The notes beneath the pieces were generated by a model. It was not told the origin of the DNA. It saw only the letters and a list, made by a program, of their open reading frames with translations, and did not search any database. Below, one piece after another: positions 15,086 to 24,634 of a DNA stretch of 64,000 nucleotides. Source of the stretch: Escherichia coli (GTDB lineage: Bacteria; Pseudomonadota; Gammaproteobacteria; Enterobacterales; Enterobacteriaceae); assembly GCF_003334785.1 (NCBI RefSeq), contig NZ_QOWV01000012.1, one strand, 5' to 3'. The position numbers and the translations under genes are program-made. Each line of letters begins with the position of its first letter. Positions within the stretch are counted from its first letter, which is position 1.

Positions 15086-15427
15086 TCAGGCAACTTTCTG
15101 TTTACCGGCAATCACCCCAATAAATTCCTGCACCTGCTTTTGTTTACGCGCCGACAGCTTGCACACCCTGCGCAGCGACTGCATCAGTTCGCTCTCTTCG
15201 GCGGCGGGTGGTTGAGCGGTGAGGACGATGCAGCCTTCCATCACTTTGACATCTACCGCCGTGCCGGTGGCAAAACCGGCGGCTTCCAGCCACTGACCTT
15301 TCAGGGTGATGGCGGGAATATGCGCGTGATCCGGGTAGCGGCTCGCATAACCGACGGTGACATGACGGTTATTTGCCGGAGAGACTTCTGCTTCGAACGG
15401 TTGTGCAATAGAATACGTGTCAGTCAT
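15086..15427 (-). CDS. symE: SOS-induced toxin-like protein SymE (type I toxin, AbrB/SpoVT fold)
   Basis: ORF 15086-15484; ATG at 15427 gives 113 aa starting [52 protein letters not shown], matching SymE. Confidence 0.85.
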   Translation of the reverse strand: MTDTYSIAQPFEAEVSPANNRHVTVGYASRYPDHAHIPAITLKGQWLEAAGFATGTAVDVKVMEGCIVLTAQPPAAEESELMQSLRRVCKLSARKQKQVQEFIGVIAGKQKVA

Positions 15428-15497
15428 AACTGCTATTCTCCGATAATAGTGATTGTGATGAGCGGTGCGGGTGTGTTGGCGCACATCCGCACCGCGC
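15421..15497 (+). ncRNA. symR: SymR antisense sRNA (cis-encoded antitoxin RNA of symE), approximate ends
   Basis: Established knowledge: SymR (~77 nt) is transcribed antisense across the symE RBS/start from a promoter inside symE. Sequence shows a TAGAAT -10 at 15409-15414 on the plus strand and a 9-bp stem hairpin (gcggtgcgg ... ccgcaccgc) ending at 15496. Confidence 0.45.
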
Positions 15498-15503
15498 TAA
15501 ATA

Positions 15504-15519
15504 CCTGGATATATCATCA
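15504..15519. promoter_or_regulatory. Candidate LexA box in the symE promoter
   Basis: CTGGATATATCATCAG fits CTG-N10-CAG with an AT-rich core, 77-92 nt upstream of the symE start; symE is known to be LexA-repressed. Confidence 0.45.
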
Positions 15520-15607
15520 GTAAATACAGGGAAAGTCCAGCTAAAAATAGAATAAAATGGTCAGTTCCTGGAATGATTTAAATATATTTATGTGAGTTAT
15601 GATTGGC

Positions 15608-15642
15608 GTGAAATAATAAAAGGCGCACCGGAAAGGTGCGCC
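15608..15642 (-). terminator. Rho-independent terminator of the hsdMS operon
   Basis: Minus strand: ggcgcacc-tttcc-ggtgcgcc hairpin followed by a T-rich run, just downstream of the hsdS stop. Confidence 0.6.
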
Positions 15643-15654
15643 AGAAAATAATGA

Positions 15655-16968
15655 TCAGGATTTTTTACGCGAGGCTTTTTTACCTCCGCTGGCTGCGCGT
15701 TCAGCTTTGATTTTTTCCAGCAACGCGGCGGCGCTGTTTTCTCCGCTGATTAATTCCGGGTTTTCGGCCCGCCACTGGGCGGTGAGTTCACCACGGAACG
15801 CTTTTGCCAGGATGGATTGCGTCAGGTTGTTAACGCGGGCTAAGGCGTTGTTGACCTGTTTTTCTATGGTGTCTGCGTAGGCGAAGAGCTGCTCGACGCG
15901 GCGAACGATTTCGTGTTGTTCGGGGAGTGGAGGAACAGTTATTGGGTATGCAATTAATTTCTGTGCATTAATATTTGATTGACTGACCCCATCAGATTTT
16001 ACTGAGTAGCAATATTGCCTCCCCAAAATGCTATTTAAATGGTAGTTAAGATAGTCAGGGTTTAAATCAGGTAAACATTGAACCCTAATCAAATAACCTG
16101 CATAAATAGCTGGTTGCTCTGATTTATATATGGCTGTTTTCCCGACAAGTTCAGGACTATTTGTACGATTGAATAATACATCATTGTACTCAAGTTTATA
16201 CTTTTCAATTTCTATGGTATCTGAAGTATAGACTAGATCCGTCCAGTCCAATTTTCCGCCCTGAAGATTGCCCATTCTTAATACAGGAATGAGTCCTTCT
16301 TTATTAGACTTAGATGACGTTCCATAACTTGGTTTTTTTATAAATTCCCCAAGTTTGCCTTCTATCCACCCAGACAGGCTCGAATTATCTCTCCAGTCTT
16401 CAGTTAGTTTTCCACTTACCGCGGCACCCAGCACCGCCTGACGAAAACGTTTCAGGATTTGTGGGATTTGCTCAAGACGTGCTTTGGTGCTCTCTACCTG
16501 CGCCAGCAGCGTATCGAGTTTTTCAGCGATGATTTTTTGTTCTGAAATTGGAGGAAGTTGTATTTCCCAAGCCTCCATTCCAGCTTTGGTAATATGTGGC
16601 ATTGCCACGCCGTGAGCCGATGCTTTAAGTGCCTCTGTAATATTCAATAATGCATAATAAGCAAATTGCTTATTAAGTGCAGGGGATGTTTCAATCTTCC
16701 AAATATGGTAGTGATAAATTAGTTTATGATCCCACTTCGACCAATATGGACCAAATGTTGCTGACCAAGCATATAGGAGATCATTTTTATAGCAATATTT
16801 ATCTTCCTGTAGCTCTAAGTTGGAATAAAACCATTTATTCCCTCCATTCAAATTTTGAATTCTGAGAATAGGAACACCTTCTGTGAGCATTTCTTCTTTC
16901 TTATATGCTCTGCCATTGATGAGGGTCAAAACATCACCCAACTGGCATATTTGCCAATTTTTACTCAT
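15655..16968 (-). CDS. hsdS: Type I restriction-modification specificity subunit HsdS (type IA / EcoKI family frame, non-EcoKI target-recognition domains)
   Basis: 437-aa ORF; central (LPPISEQKIIAEKLDTLLAQVESTKARLEQIPQILKRFRQAVL) and C-terminal (EQHEIVRRVEQLFAYADTIEKQVNNALARVNNLTQSILAKAFRGELTAQWRAENP) conserved regions match the EcoKI family; the two variable domains differ; ATGA overlap with hsdM. Confidence 0.9.
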   Translation of the reverse strand: MSKNWQICQLGDVLTLINGRAYKKEEMLTEGVPILRIQNLNGGNKWFYSNLELQEDKYCYKNDLLYAWSATFGPYWSKWDHKLIYHYHIWKIETSPALNKQFAYYALLNITEALKASAHGVAMPHITKAGMEAWEIQLPPISEQKIIAEKLDTLLAQVESTKARLEQIPQILKRFRQAVLGAAVSGKLTEDWRDNSSLSGWIEGKLGEFIKKPSYGTSSKSNKEGLIPVLRMGNLQGGKLDWTDLVYTSDTIEIEKYKLEYNDVLFNRTNSPELVGKTAIYKSEQPAIYAGYLIRVQCLPDLNPDYLNYHLNSILGRQYCYSVKSDGVSQSNINAQKLIAYPITVPPLPEQHEIVRRVEQLFAYADTIEKQVNNALARVNNLTQSILAKAFRGELTAQWRAENPELISGENSAAALLEKIKAERAASGGKKASRKKS

Positions 16969-18554
16969 TCCTTCACCCCACCAAACGCTTCTTCCAGCAA
17001 CTGACGCTGTGCATCCGCCTCATCGCTCGCCCCCAGTTCACGCATCAGCGCATCCAGTTCACCCAGCGCCTGTACCAGTTCGCCCATCGCTTCTGCCGCT
17101 AATACATCCGGCTCCGGCAGGTTGTCGGCGTCAATGCTGTCTTTATCTTTCAGCCAGGAGATATCCAGCGAATCGGATTTCGCGGAGCGGATCCACTCGC
17201 GGCTGAACTTGCGCCAGCGGCTGGTAGCCAGATGCTGATCGGTATTTTTGTTCTCTTCGCTGTCGGCAACTTCCGTCTCTTCGGCGTTAAAACTCCATTC
17301 CCCTTCAGTACGCGGGCTTAAGCCGTGGGGATCTTCGCCATACACGCGCTCAAACGGCTGCAAATGCTCGTCGGTAAACGGCGTGCGTTTACCAAAGCTC
17401 GGCATATTGGTCCGCAGGTCGTACACCCACACGTCGTCGGTGCAGTTCTTATCCTGATGCGGGTTCGCCACTGTGCCTTTGGTAAAGAACAGCACGTTGG
17501 TCTTCACGCCCTGCGCGTAAAAAATACCGGTCGGCAGACGCAGAATGGTGTGCAGATGACACTTATCCATCAGGTCACGACGGATGTCGGTGCCTTTGCC
17601 GCCTTCAAACAACACGTTATCTGGCACCACCACCGCCGCACGACCGCCGGGATGCAGCGTTTCGATAATATGCTGCATAAAGCACAGCTGTTTGTTGCTG
17701 GTCGGGTGAACAAAGGTGCGGGTAATGTTGGTGCCTGCGGCGCTGCCAAACGGCGGGTTAGTGGCGACAATATGCGCCTTCGGCAGGTTTTCACCGTCGC
17801 TGCCCAGGGTGTTGCCCAGACGGATTGCGCCGCCGTGGTCGAGGTTGCCTTCAATATCGTGCAGCAGGCAGTTCATCAGCGCCAGACGACGGGTGCCGGG
17901 CACCAGTTCGAGGCCGATAAACGCGCGGTGGATCTGGAAATCCTGTGTGTCGCCATCAAGGTCGTCCAGATCGTTAGTCTGCGACTTAACGTAGCGGTCG
18001 GCTTCAATCAAAAAGCCCGCCGTACCCGCTGCCGGGTCCTGCACCACTTCACGCGGCTGCGGTTTCAGCAGATGAATAATGGTTTTAATCAGCGGACGCG
18101 GGGTGAAGTACTGGCCCGCGCCAGACTTGGTTTCGTTCGCGTTCTTCTGCAACAGCCCTTCGTACATATCGCCGAAGTCATCGCGCGACTTACCGTGCGC
18201 ACCGTTGTACCAGTCCAGTGAATCCATATTGCTGACCAGTTCGGTCAACTGTTTTGGCTGGGTAATGGTGGTGTTGACGTTCTGGAACACCGCCTGCACC
18301 AGCTTTTGATTGTCGGCGCCCAGATGTACCAGCAGGTTACGGTAGAACTGCAACTGCTCCTGACCGATACGGGATTTCAGGTCGTCCCAGCGGTAGCCTT
18401 CCGGCAGGTATTCCGCTTCCTGTCTGGTTTCTTTACACATTTTCAAAAACAGCAGCGAGGCGAGTTCATTGACGTAGTTTTGATAGGAAACGCCGCCATC
18501 GCGCAGGTTGTCGCACAGCTTCCACAGCTTGGCGACCAGATCGTTATTGTTCAT
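16965..18554 (-). CDS. hsdM: Type I R-M DNA methyltransferase subunit HsdM (EcoKI-like, N6-adenine)
   Basis: 529 aa, MNNNDLVAKLWKLCDNLRDGGVSYQNYVNELASLLFLKMCKET..., NPPF catalytic motif present; near-identical to EcoKI HsdM as remembered. Confidence 0.95.
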   Translation of the reverse strand: MNNNDLVAKLWKLCDNLRDGGVSYQNYVNELASLLFLKMCKETRQEAEYLPEGYRWDDLKSRIGQEQLQFYRNLLVHLGADNQKLVQAVFQNVNTTITQPKQLTELVSNMDSLDWYNGAHGKSRDDFGDMYEGLLQKNANETKSGAGQYFTPRPLIKTIIHLLKPQPREVVQDPAAGTAGFLIEADRYVKSQTNDLDDLDGDTQDFQIHRAFIGLELVPGTRRLALMNCLLHDIEGNLDHGGAIRLGNTLGSDGENLPKAHIVATNPPFGSAAGTNITRTFVHPTSNKQLCFMQHIIETLHPGGRAAVVVPDNVLFEGGKGTDIRRDLMDKCHLHTILRLPTGIFYAQGVKTNVLFFTKGTVANPHQDKNCTDDVWVYDLRTNMPSFGKRTPFTDEHLQPFERVYGEDPHGLSPRTEGEWSFNAEETEVADSEENKNTDQHLATSRWRKFSREWIRSAKSDSLDISWLKDKDSIDADNLPEPDVLAAEAMGELVQALGELDALMRELGASDEADAQRQLLEEAFGGVKE

Positions 18555-18647
18555 TGTGAGTTCCGTAAATTAAGCAGCGGCCCAAATTTATTGGGCCGCA
18601 TAAGAATAAATTGCCGAGGGTAATATACACAAAATCATTCAGGTTGC

Positions 18648-18752
18648 ATCAAGGCGGCAAGTGAGTGAATCCCCGGGAGCGTACAGAAGTACGTGACCGG
18701 GGTGAACGAGCGCAGCCAACGCAGAGGCAGCCTGAAGGATGAAGTGTATACG
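18648..18752. repeat. ERIC/IRU (enterobacterial repetitive intergenic consensus) element
   Basis: aagtgagtgaatccccgggagcgtacagaagtacgtgaccggggtgaacgagcgcagccaacgcagaggcagcctgaaggatgaag matches the ERIC core in the hsdM-hsdR intergenic region. Confidence 0.6.
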
Positions 18753-18754
18753 TG

Positions 18755-21700
18755 TCAGGCCAGCTCGTCCCAGATATAATCGCTGAATTTATCGAGCAGG
18801 TTGTCGAGATTATCGTCAAAGGTTCTTTGCAGCATCGCCTTCCCGCCGCGACGGTGGAAGTTGCCGGTTTTGAAGACATCGTCGTCGAGCACCACTTTCT
18901 CTTTCAGCGCCTGTGCTAAACGATCGAGCCAGCTTAATTGCTCGCTGCTCCAGTCGTTTTCGCCCTTGATGCGCGTCAGCGCGTGATCGACACGTTCCTC
19001 AAACGGTTTCAGCGCATCGCCCACCGCAGCGCGGCGAATATGTCCAATCAACCGGGCGGCAATATCTTCATTACGCGTCTCTTTCCACGCTTTGCGCAGG
19101 GAAGATTCCTCAAAGTGCTGGCGGTCAAACCACTCCTGGAGTTCGACCAGCCCTTTACGGGTGAGATCGCGCGGGCGATTGATCACCGCCTGCAATGCCG
19201 GTTGCGCGTTCGGGGAACGTTGCACCAGCGAGTCAAAGGCTTCGAGGAAATCCTGCGGCGTGTCGTAATCACCGTACAGCGATTTTACGCTCAACACTTC
19301 ATCGTCGATATCGAGGAAGATCGGCGCATCATTCAGGTTATTGATATCAGTTTTCAGCTTTTCCAGGCGGGCGATAAAGCCAGGCAGCTTGTTAAAGACT
19401 TCGGCGCTCCAGTGCGGCCCTTTTTCCCGCAGGCGCGAGGCGAAGCCGTTAAAGCCCACCCCCGCCGCGTCCTGGCATAGCTCATCCAGACGACGCACCT
19501 GTTTATCTATCGTTTCGCTGCGGTCACGGTTAAACGTGGCCAGGCCGATGATGCGCTGGAGCTTCGCCACCAGTTGTTCATGGCTGTGCTCGGCAAAACT
19601 GCGGCCATCCGCTTCGGTGATTTTATAGGTTTCTGAATCGGTAATTTCGTTGACCAGCGTTTGCAGCTCCACCTTAGGACGCACCACCACCGGACGCATG
19701 GTGTCGACGCTCTCCAGCGTGCTGTATATATCGACGCAGTCGAAAATCTTAAAGCTGGTTTTATTCACGTCCGGGCACAAGCGCGTGGCGCGGCCTTTCA
19801 TCTGCTCGTACAGAATACGGCTGCGTACTTTACGCAGGAACACGATGTTACAGATCGACGGAATATCGACGCCGGTCGTCAGCAGGTCGACGGTTACCAC
19901 AATATTGGGCAGCCGCTCTTTATTGAAGCGGGTGATCATGGTCTGCACTTTGCGCGCGTCTTTATCGGCATCACCGGTGATCTTGATTATCGCGTCGTGC
20001 TCCAGTTGCGGATACTTTTTCTTGAACGCGGTACGCAACTCTTCCACCACCATATCGGCATGGGCATTGGTGACGCAGAAGACCAGCGTTTTTTGCGACC
20101 CGGTCGGGTCAAGGTAGTTGGTGAGTTCGTTACAGACGGCGCGGTTAAACGCCGGGATCACCAGGCCACGGTTAAAGTCGGCGACCTCAAAATCCTGATC
20201 GTCTTCCAGGGTGTCGTTGATTACTTCCCCCTGCGGGCTGATGCGCTCTACCTGTTCGCCTTTGGAGAGATAAACACCCTCCTGTGCGTTGCGGGTGGTG
20301 ATCTGAATTGGTGGATCCTGGTCGATCAGAAAACCGTCGATAACCGCGGTACGGTAGGTATAACGGTAAACCGGCTCGCCGAAAATCTGCACCGTATGCA
20401 ACGCCGGGGTGGCGGTGAGGGCGATTTTTATCGCATCGAAGTGATCGAGAATGCGACGGTAGGCAGAGACATAATCCAGCTGGCTGCGGAACTGTAGTTC
20501 GCCTTCGGTCTGCTCTTTATCGAGAATATAGCCGCGATGCGCTTCATCGACGACGATACAGTCGTAACGGGCCACCGGCATCGGTTCATCTGATTGCAGG
20601 GTGCGTTTCACCAGCGACTGTACGGTGGCAACGTGAATTTTGGTGCTGTCTTCCGGGAATTTATCCGTCAGCCCTTTAATGTCGAAAATGCTGTTGAAGG
20701 TGTCGCCGTTAATACGCGTATCTTCAAACGCCCCCAGCGCCTGCTCGCCAAGAGAACGGCGATCCACAAGGAAGAGAATGCGTTTAAAACGCTGGGACTG
20801 GATCAGGCGGAACATCATGGCAATTGCGGTGCGGGTTTTACCGGTACCGGTCGCCATCGCCAGCAGGATCTCTTGTTGACCCTTGACGATTGCCTTTTCC
20901 ACCGCGCGGACGGCATCTTCCTGATAATAACGCAGGCCCAGCTCGCTCATGCCGGGATTATCGGCAAACCACTGATTCTGTTTTTGCGGTTCGCTGCCGA
21001 GCATTTCCAGCAGCTCTTCCGGGCGATGCCACTCGGGTAAGGCTTTCGACATATTGCGGGTATCACGCACGTCGCGATACCAGATGCCACTTTTAGTCTT
21101 CATTGCTGCGCGGTATTCGCGCCCGTTGGTGGAGTAGCAGAAGGGGATTTTAAACCGTTGTTGGCCGCTGGAGTCCTGCCAGCTAGTTTCATACTCCGGC
21201 ACCGCTTCATGCACTTCATCCGGTGAGTAGTGCTCAAGCAAGGTTTCCCGCAGGAAGCCATTATCGAAGCATTTACTGTAGCGATACGACTCATTGAGCT
21301 TGCCGGGAACGTCGATATTTTTACGTTTCGCCTCTACCACCGCGATGGGTTTGAGGCCGACAAACAGCACATAATCCGCAAAGCCCTGTTTACCCGTTTC
21401 ATCTTTCCCGGTCGGCCATTCGGCAATGGCTTTATTGACGCCGGGTTCCGGGCGCGCGCCTTTGGAGAAGCGCAGGGTTTTGCTATCGGCCTGCCAGCCT
21501 GCTTTACGCAGTTGCGCATCAATCAGGAAGCGGCTCTCTTCTTCGCTAAGGTTGAGTGTGCGCTTGATGGCCTGATCGGTAATTTCTTTGTGGTAAGCCT
21601 TACGTTCCTGTTCAGTCTGTTTGGCCAGTTCCGCGTTCTTCTCGGCGAGCTGTGCTTCCAGCGCCGCAAGGCGAGCCTGGGTTTGCGCTTCTGTTTCCTG

Positions 21701-22267
21701 CTGTTTGCCTTCCAGAATAGCGATATAGCCGTTCAGGGCAACCAGCTTCTGCTGTTGCGCTTCGACTTCTGCCTGAGTCTGCGCTTTTTCTCGCACCTGC
21801 TGTTCAAGCTGTTGTTTTAGCGTCAGCACTTCCTGGTGATAGAGGTTCTCGCCACGTTCTGGTAACACAAACACCGGCACCGGGAAGTCATAATCTTTAG
21901 TGACCAGACGGTAGTACCAGACAGCCAGGCGGAACCCGAGTCGCAGGCACATCTGGGCATCGTCGAGATCGTTGTGATATTCGTGCACCGCCTGGTTACC
22001 AATGCGGCGTAATTTGTGAAATACAGAGAGAATGTTGTCATCAACGAAGGCGATTTTGCCGAGTTCGCGCAGGAGATCGTGTTGATTCTCACAAGGGGGG
22101 ATGTTGAGTAACAGACCAAGATGTTTCGCTGTGGCTTCGCCAAACATACGCATTTTAATTAGCGTCGTATTGGGATCATCCGGGTAGTTATTTTCCGCCG
22201 CACAGGCGATGGCATAAGTGAAGTCGTTGACGCCCTTCAGGAATTCGAAGTTGGATTTATTCATCAT
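18755..22267 (-). CDS. hsdR: Type I restriction enzyme R subunit HsdR (EcoKI-like helicase/endonuclease)
   Basis: 1170 aa starting MMNKSNFEFLKGVNDFTYAIACAAENNYPDD; SF2 helicase motifs (ATGTGKT, DEAH) present. Confidence 0.95.
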   Translation of the reverse strand: MMNKSNFEFLKGVNDFTYAIACAAENNYPDDPNTTLIKMRMFGEATAKHLGLLLNIPPCENQHDLLRELGKIAFVDDNILSVFHKLRRIGNQAVHEYHNDLDDAQMCLRLGFRLAVWYYRLVTKDYDFPVPVFVLPERGENLYHQEVLTLKQQLEQQVREKAQTQAEVEAQQQKLVALNGYIAILEGKQQETEAQTQARLAALEAQLAEKNAELAKQTEQERKAYHKEITDQAIKRTLNLSEEESRFLIDAQLRKAGWQADSKTLRFSKGARPEPGVNKAIAEWPTGKDETGKQGFADYVLFVGLKPIAVVEAKRKNIDVPGKLNESYRYSKCFDNGFLRETLLEHYSPDEVHEAVPEYETSWQDSSGQQRFKIPFCYSTNGREYRAAMKTKSGIWYRDVRDTRNMSKALPEWHRPEELLEMLGSEPQKQNQWFADNPGMSELGLRYYQEDAVRAVEKAIVKGQQEILLAMATGTGKTRTAIAMMFRLIQSQRFKRILFLVDRRSLGEQALGAFEDTRINGDTFNSIFDIKGLTDKFPEDSTKIHVATVQSLVKRTLQSDEPMPVARYDCIVVDEAHRGYILDKEQTEGELQFRSQLDYVSAYRRILDHFDAIKIALTATPALHTVQIFGEPVYRYTYRTAVIDGFLIDQDPPIQITTRNAQEGVYLSKGEQVERISPQGEVINDTLEDDQDFEVADFNRGLVIPAFNRAVCNELTNYLDPTGSQKTLVFCVTNAHADMVVEELRTAFKKKYPQLEHDAIIKITGDADKDARKVQTMITRFNKERLPNIVVTVDLLTTGVDIPSICNIVFLRKVRSRILYEQMKGRATRLCPDVNKTSFKIFDCVDIYSTLESVDTMRPVVVRPKVELQTLVNEITDSETYKITEADGRSFAEHSHEQLVAKLQRIIGLATFNRDRSETIDKQVRRLDELCQDAAGVGFNGFASRLREKGPHWSAEVFNKLPGFIARLEKLKTDINNLNDAPIFLDIDDEVLSVKSLYGDYDTPQDFLEAFDSLVQRSPNAQPALQAVINRPRDLTRKGLVELQEWFDRQHFEESSLRKAWKETRNEDIAARLIGHIRRAAVGDALKPFEERVDHALTRIKGENDWSSEQLSWLDRLAQALKEKVVLDDDVFKTGNFHRRGGKAMLQRTFDDNLDNLLDKFSDYIWDELA

Positions 22268-22454
22268 TGTTATTAATCCATTGCTGTGTGGGCCTGTCCA
22301 AATATTTAAGGCCCATAACGTCTTATCTTAGCTTTCTGTACCTTTCCGGACAATGACCGGAGTCACAGCAACTGACTCATTTCTAACGTGTTCGTCTATT
22401 TTGGTAGTGTTATAGTAGCCGAAAAACATCTACCTGATTCTGCAAGGATGTACT

Positions 22455-23369
22455 ATGACGGTTCCTACCTATGACAAATTTATTGAACCTGTTCTGCGTT
22501 ATCTGGCGACAAAACCGGAAGGTGCAGCCGCGCGTGATGTTCATGAGGCTGCCGCGGATGCATTAGGACTGGATGACAGCCAGCGAGCGAAAGTCATTAC
22601 CAGCGGACAACTTGTTTATAAAAATCGTGCAGGCTGGGCACATGACCGTTTAAAACGTGCCGGGTTGTCGCAAAGTTTGTCGCGTGGCAAATGGTGCCTG
22701 ACTCCTGCGGGTTTTGACTGGGTTGCGTCTCATCCCCAGCCAATGACGGAGCAGGAGACGAACCATCTGGCCTTCGATTTTGTGAATGTCAAACTTAAGT
22801 CACGGCCGGATGCCGTCGATTTAGATCCGAAAGCCGACTCTCCCGATCATGAAGAACTAGCAAAGAGCAGCCCGGACGATCGGTTAGATCAGGCGCTAAA
22901 AGAGCTTCGTGATGCGGTGGCTGATGAGGTTCTGGAAAACTTATTGCAGGTTTCTCCTTCGCGCTTTGAAGTCATTGTTCTGGATGTTTTGCATCGCCTG
23001 GGGTATGGCGGCCACCGTGATGATTTGCAGCGTGTTGGCGGTACTGGAGATGGTGGCATCGATGGTGTGATATCGCTTGATAAACTTGGCCTGGAGAAAG
23101 TTTATGTTCAGGCAAAACGTTGGCAGAACACTGTAGGCAGGCCAGAATTACAGGCATTTTACGGCGCACTGGCTGGGCAAAAGGCGAAACGTGGGGTGTT
23201 TATTACCACTTCTGGATTTACGTCTCAGGCGCGTGACTTTGCTCAATCCGTCGAGGGTATGGTGTTGGTTGATGGGGAACGCCTGGTGCACTTAATGATC
23301 GAAAACGAAGTAGGGGTTTCTTCACGTTTGTTGAAGGTGCCGAAACTGGATATGGACTATTTTGAGTGA
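22455..23369 (+). CDS. mrr: Mrr type IV restriction endonuclease (modified-DNA dependent)
   Basis: 304 aa starting MTVPTYDKFIEPVLRYLATKPEGAAARDVHEAAADALGLDD; divergent from hsdR as in the K-12 immigration-control region. Confidence 0.9.
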   Translation: MTVPTYDKFIEPVLRYLATKPEGAAARDVHEAAADALGLDDSQRAKVITSGQLVYKNRAGWAHDRLKRAGLSQSLSRGKWCLTPAGFDWVASHPQPMTEQETNHLAFDFVNVKLKSRPDAVDLDPKADSPDHEELAKSSPDDRLDQALKELRDAVADEVLENLLQVSPSRFEVIVLDVLHRLGYGGHRDDLQRVGGTGDGGIDGVISLDKLGLEKVYVQAKRWQNTVGRPELQAFYGALAGQKAKRGVFITTSGFTSQARDFAQSVEGMVLVDGERLVHLMIENEVGVSSRLLKVPKLDMDYFE

Positions 23370-23414
23370 AATATCAGGCCGGATGCGGCTGCGCCTTATC
23401 CGGCCCATAACCCC

Positions 23415-24371
23415 TTACTTCCTCAACCCCGCAAACGCCGCCCGAATCTCATCCTCCGGCAACTGAATCCCGATAAACACCATCGTGCTATGCGGTTTTT
23501 CATCGCCCCACGGTCTGTCCCAGTCGGCGCTGTAGAGGCGCTGGACGCCCTGGAACAGCAGGCGGTTAGCTTCGCCGTCAATCCACAGCATCCCTTTGTA
23601 ACGCAGCAGTTTATCCGCCGATTCCAGCAGCAGGTTTTCCATCACGCGGGAAACTTCGCTGATATCTACCGGGTAATCCAGTTCCACCACAATCGACGAA
23701 ATATCGTTTTGTTTATCCGCGATAAAGTGGAAACGCGGTTTGGTGCTGACGACGTTCTCTTCCAGCATAAAACCGTTGGTGTTGAACAGCAGGCCCAGGT
23801 CGATGTCGCCGTGGGTAACGGTGTAGACCGGTGCACGGGCGTTGATGCGCGCCAGGCGTTCGCGCAGTTTTTCTGCTTCGCCTGCGACGTCGGTTTTAGT
23901 CAGCAGAATACGGTCGGCGTAGCCAACCTGTGACTGGGCGATGGTGAACTGGTTCATCTGCTCATCGGCATGTACCGCATCCACCAGCGCAATCACGCCG
24001 TCCAGCAGGTAACGCTGGCATAAAATCTCATGGGAGAAAAAGGTCTGAATAATCGGGCCGGGATCGGCCATGCCGGTGCATTCAATGACCAGACGGTCGA
24101 ACTGAATATTGCCCTTGTCGAGATTATCCAGCAGGTCGAGTAGCGCGTCCTCCAGCTCGTTGGAGCGCGAACAGCAGATGCAGCCGTTGGTCAGCGTTTT
24201 GATCTGCGTGGCGCGGTCACCAATCAGTTGATCATCAACGGAGACTTCGCCGAATTCGTTTTCAATCACGGCAATCTTGTAGCCGTGTTGTTCGTTAAGA
24301 ATATGGCGCAGCAGGGTGGTTTTGCCCGCGCCTAAAAAACCGGTGAGTAGGGTAACTGCAATCGGGTTCAT
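23415..24371 (-). CDS. yjiA: COG0523/G3E-family P-loop GTPase YjiA (putative metal chaperone)
   Basis: ORF 23415-24455; ATG at 24371 gives 318 aa starting MNPIAVTLLTGFLGAGKTTLL (Walker A) with a CxCC motif (GCICCS). Confidence 0.85.
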   Translation of the reverse strand: MNPIAVTLLTGFLGAGKTTLLRHILNEQHGYKIAVIENEFGEVSVDDQLIGDRATQIKTLTNGCICCSRSNELEDALLDLLDNLDKGNIQFDRLVIECTGMADPGPIIQTFFSHEILCQRYLLDGVIALVDAVHADEQMNQFTIAQSQVGYADRILLTKTDVAGEAEKLRERLARINARAPVYTVTHGDIDLGLLFNTNGFMLEENVVSTKPRFHFIADKQNDISSIVVELDYPVDISEVSRVMENLLLESADKLLRYKGMLWIDGEANRLLFQGVQRLYSADWDRPWGDEKPHSTMVFIGIQLPEDEIRAAFAGLRK

Positions 24372-24381
24372 GCTCTCTCCA

Positions 24382-24585
24382 TTAACAACAGCGCATACCG
24401 CCTTTACCATCGCCGCCGTAGCGCGCGTTCTGGCGTTCGCGGAAGAATTCTTCATAGCTCATGTACGGCTTGTCGGGATGGTTGGTCTTCATATGCTCGA
24501 CGTAGTTGTCGTAGTCTGGAATGCCAATCAACATCTTCGCCGCCTGGCCGAGATATTTTTTTGCCTGTCCTAAGTTACCAAACAT
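24382..24585 (-). CDS. yjiX: DUF466 small protein YjiX (67 aa)
   Basis: 67-aa [61 protein letters not shown] immediately downstream of btsT. Confidence 0.75.
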
Positions 24586-24634
24586 AGTTCACTCTGATAA
24601 GAACAAAGCCCCGCCGAAGCGGGGCTAAACACGG

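Noticed and set aside
15521-15532. Second LexA box at cagtaaatacag
   Set aside because: It is a direct repeat (CAG...CAG), not the CTG-N10-CAG palindrome.
17325-18221. 298-aa plus-strand ORF
   Set aside because: Antisense shadow of hsdM; the minus-strand product is an unmistakable HsdM.
19661-20497. 278-aa plus-strand ORF (also 18938-19480 and 21230-21820)
   Set aside because: Antisense shadows within hsdR.
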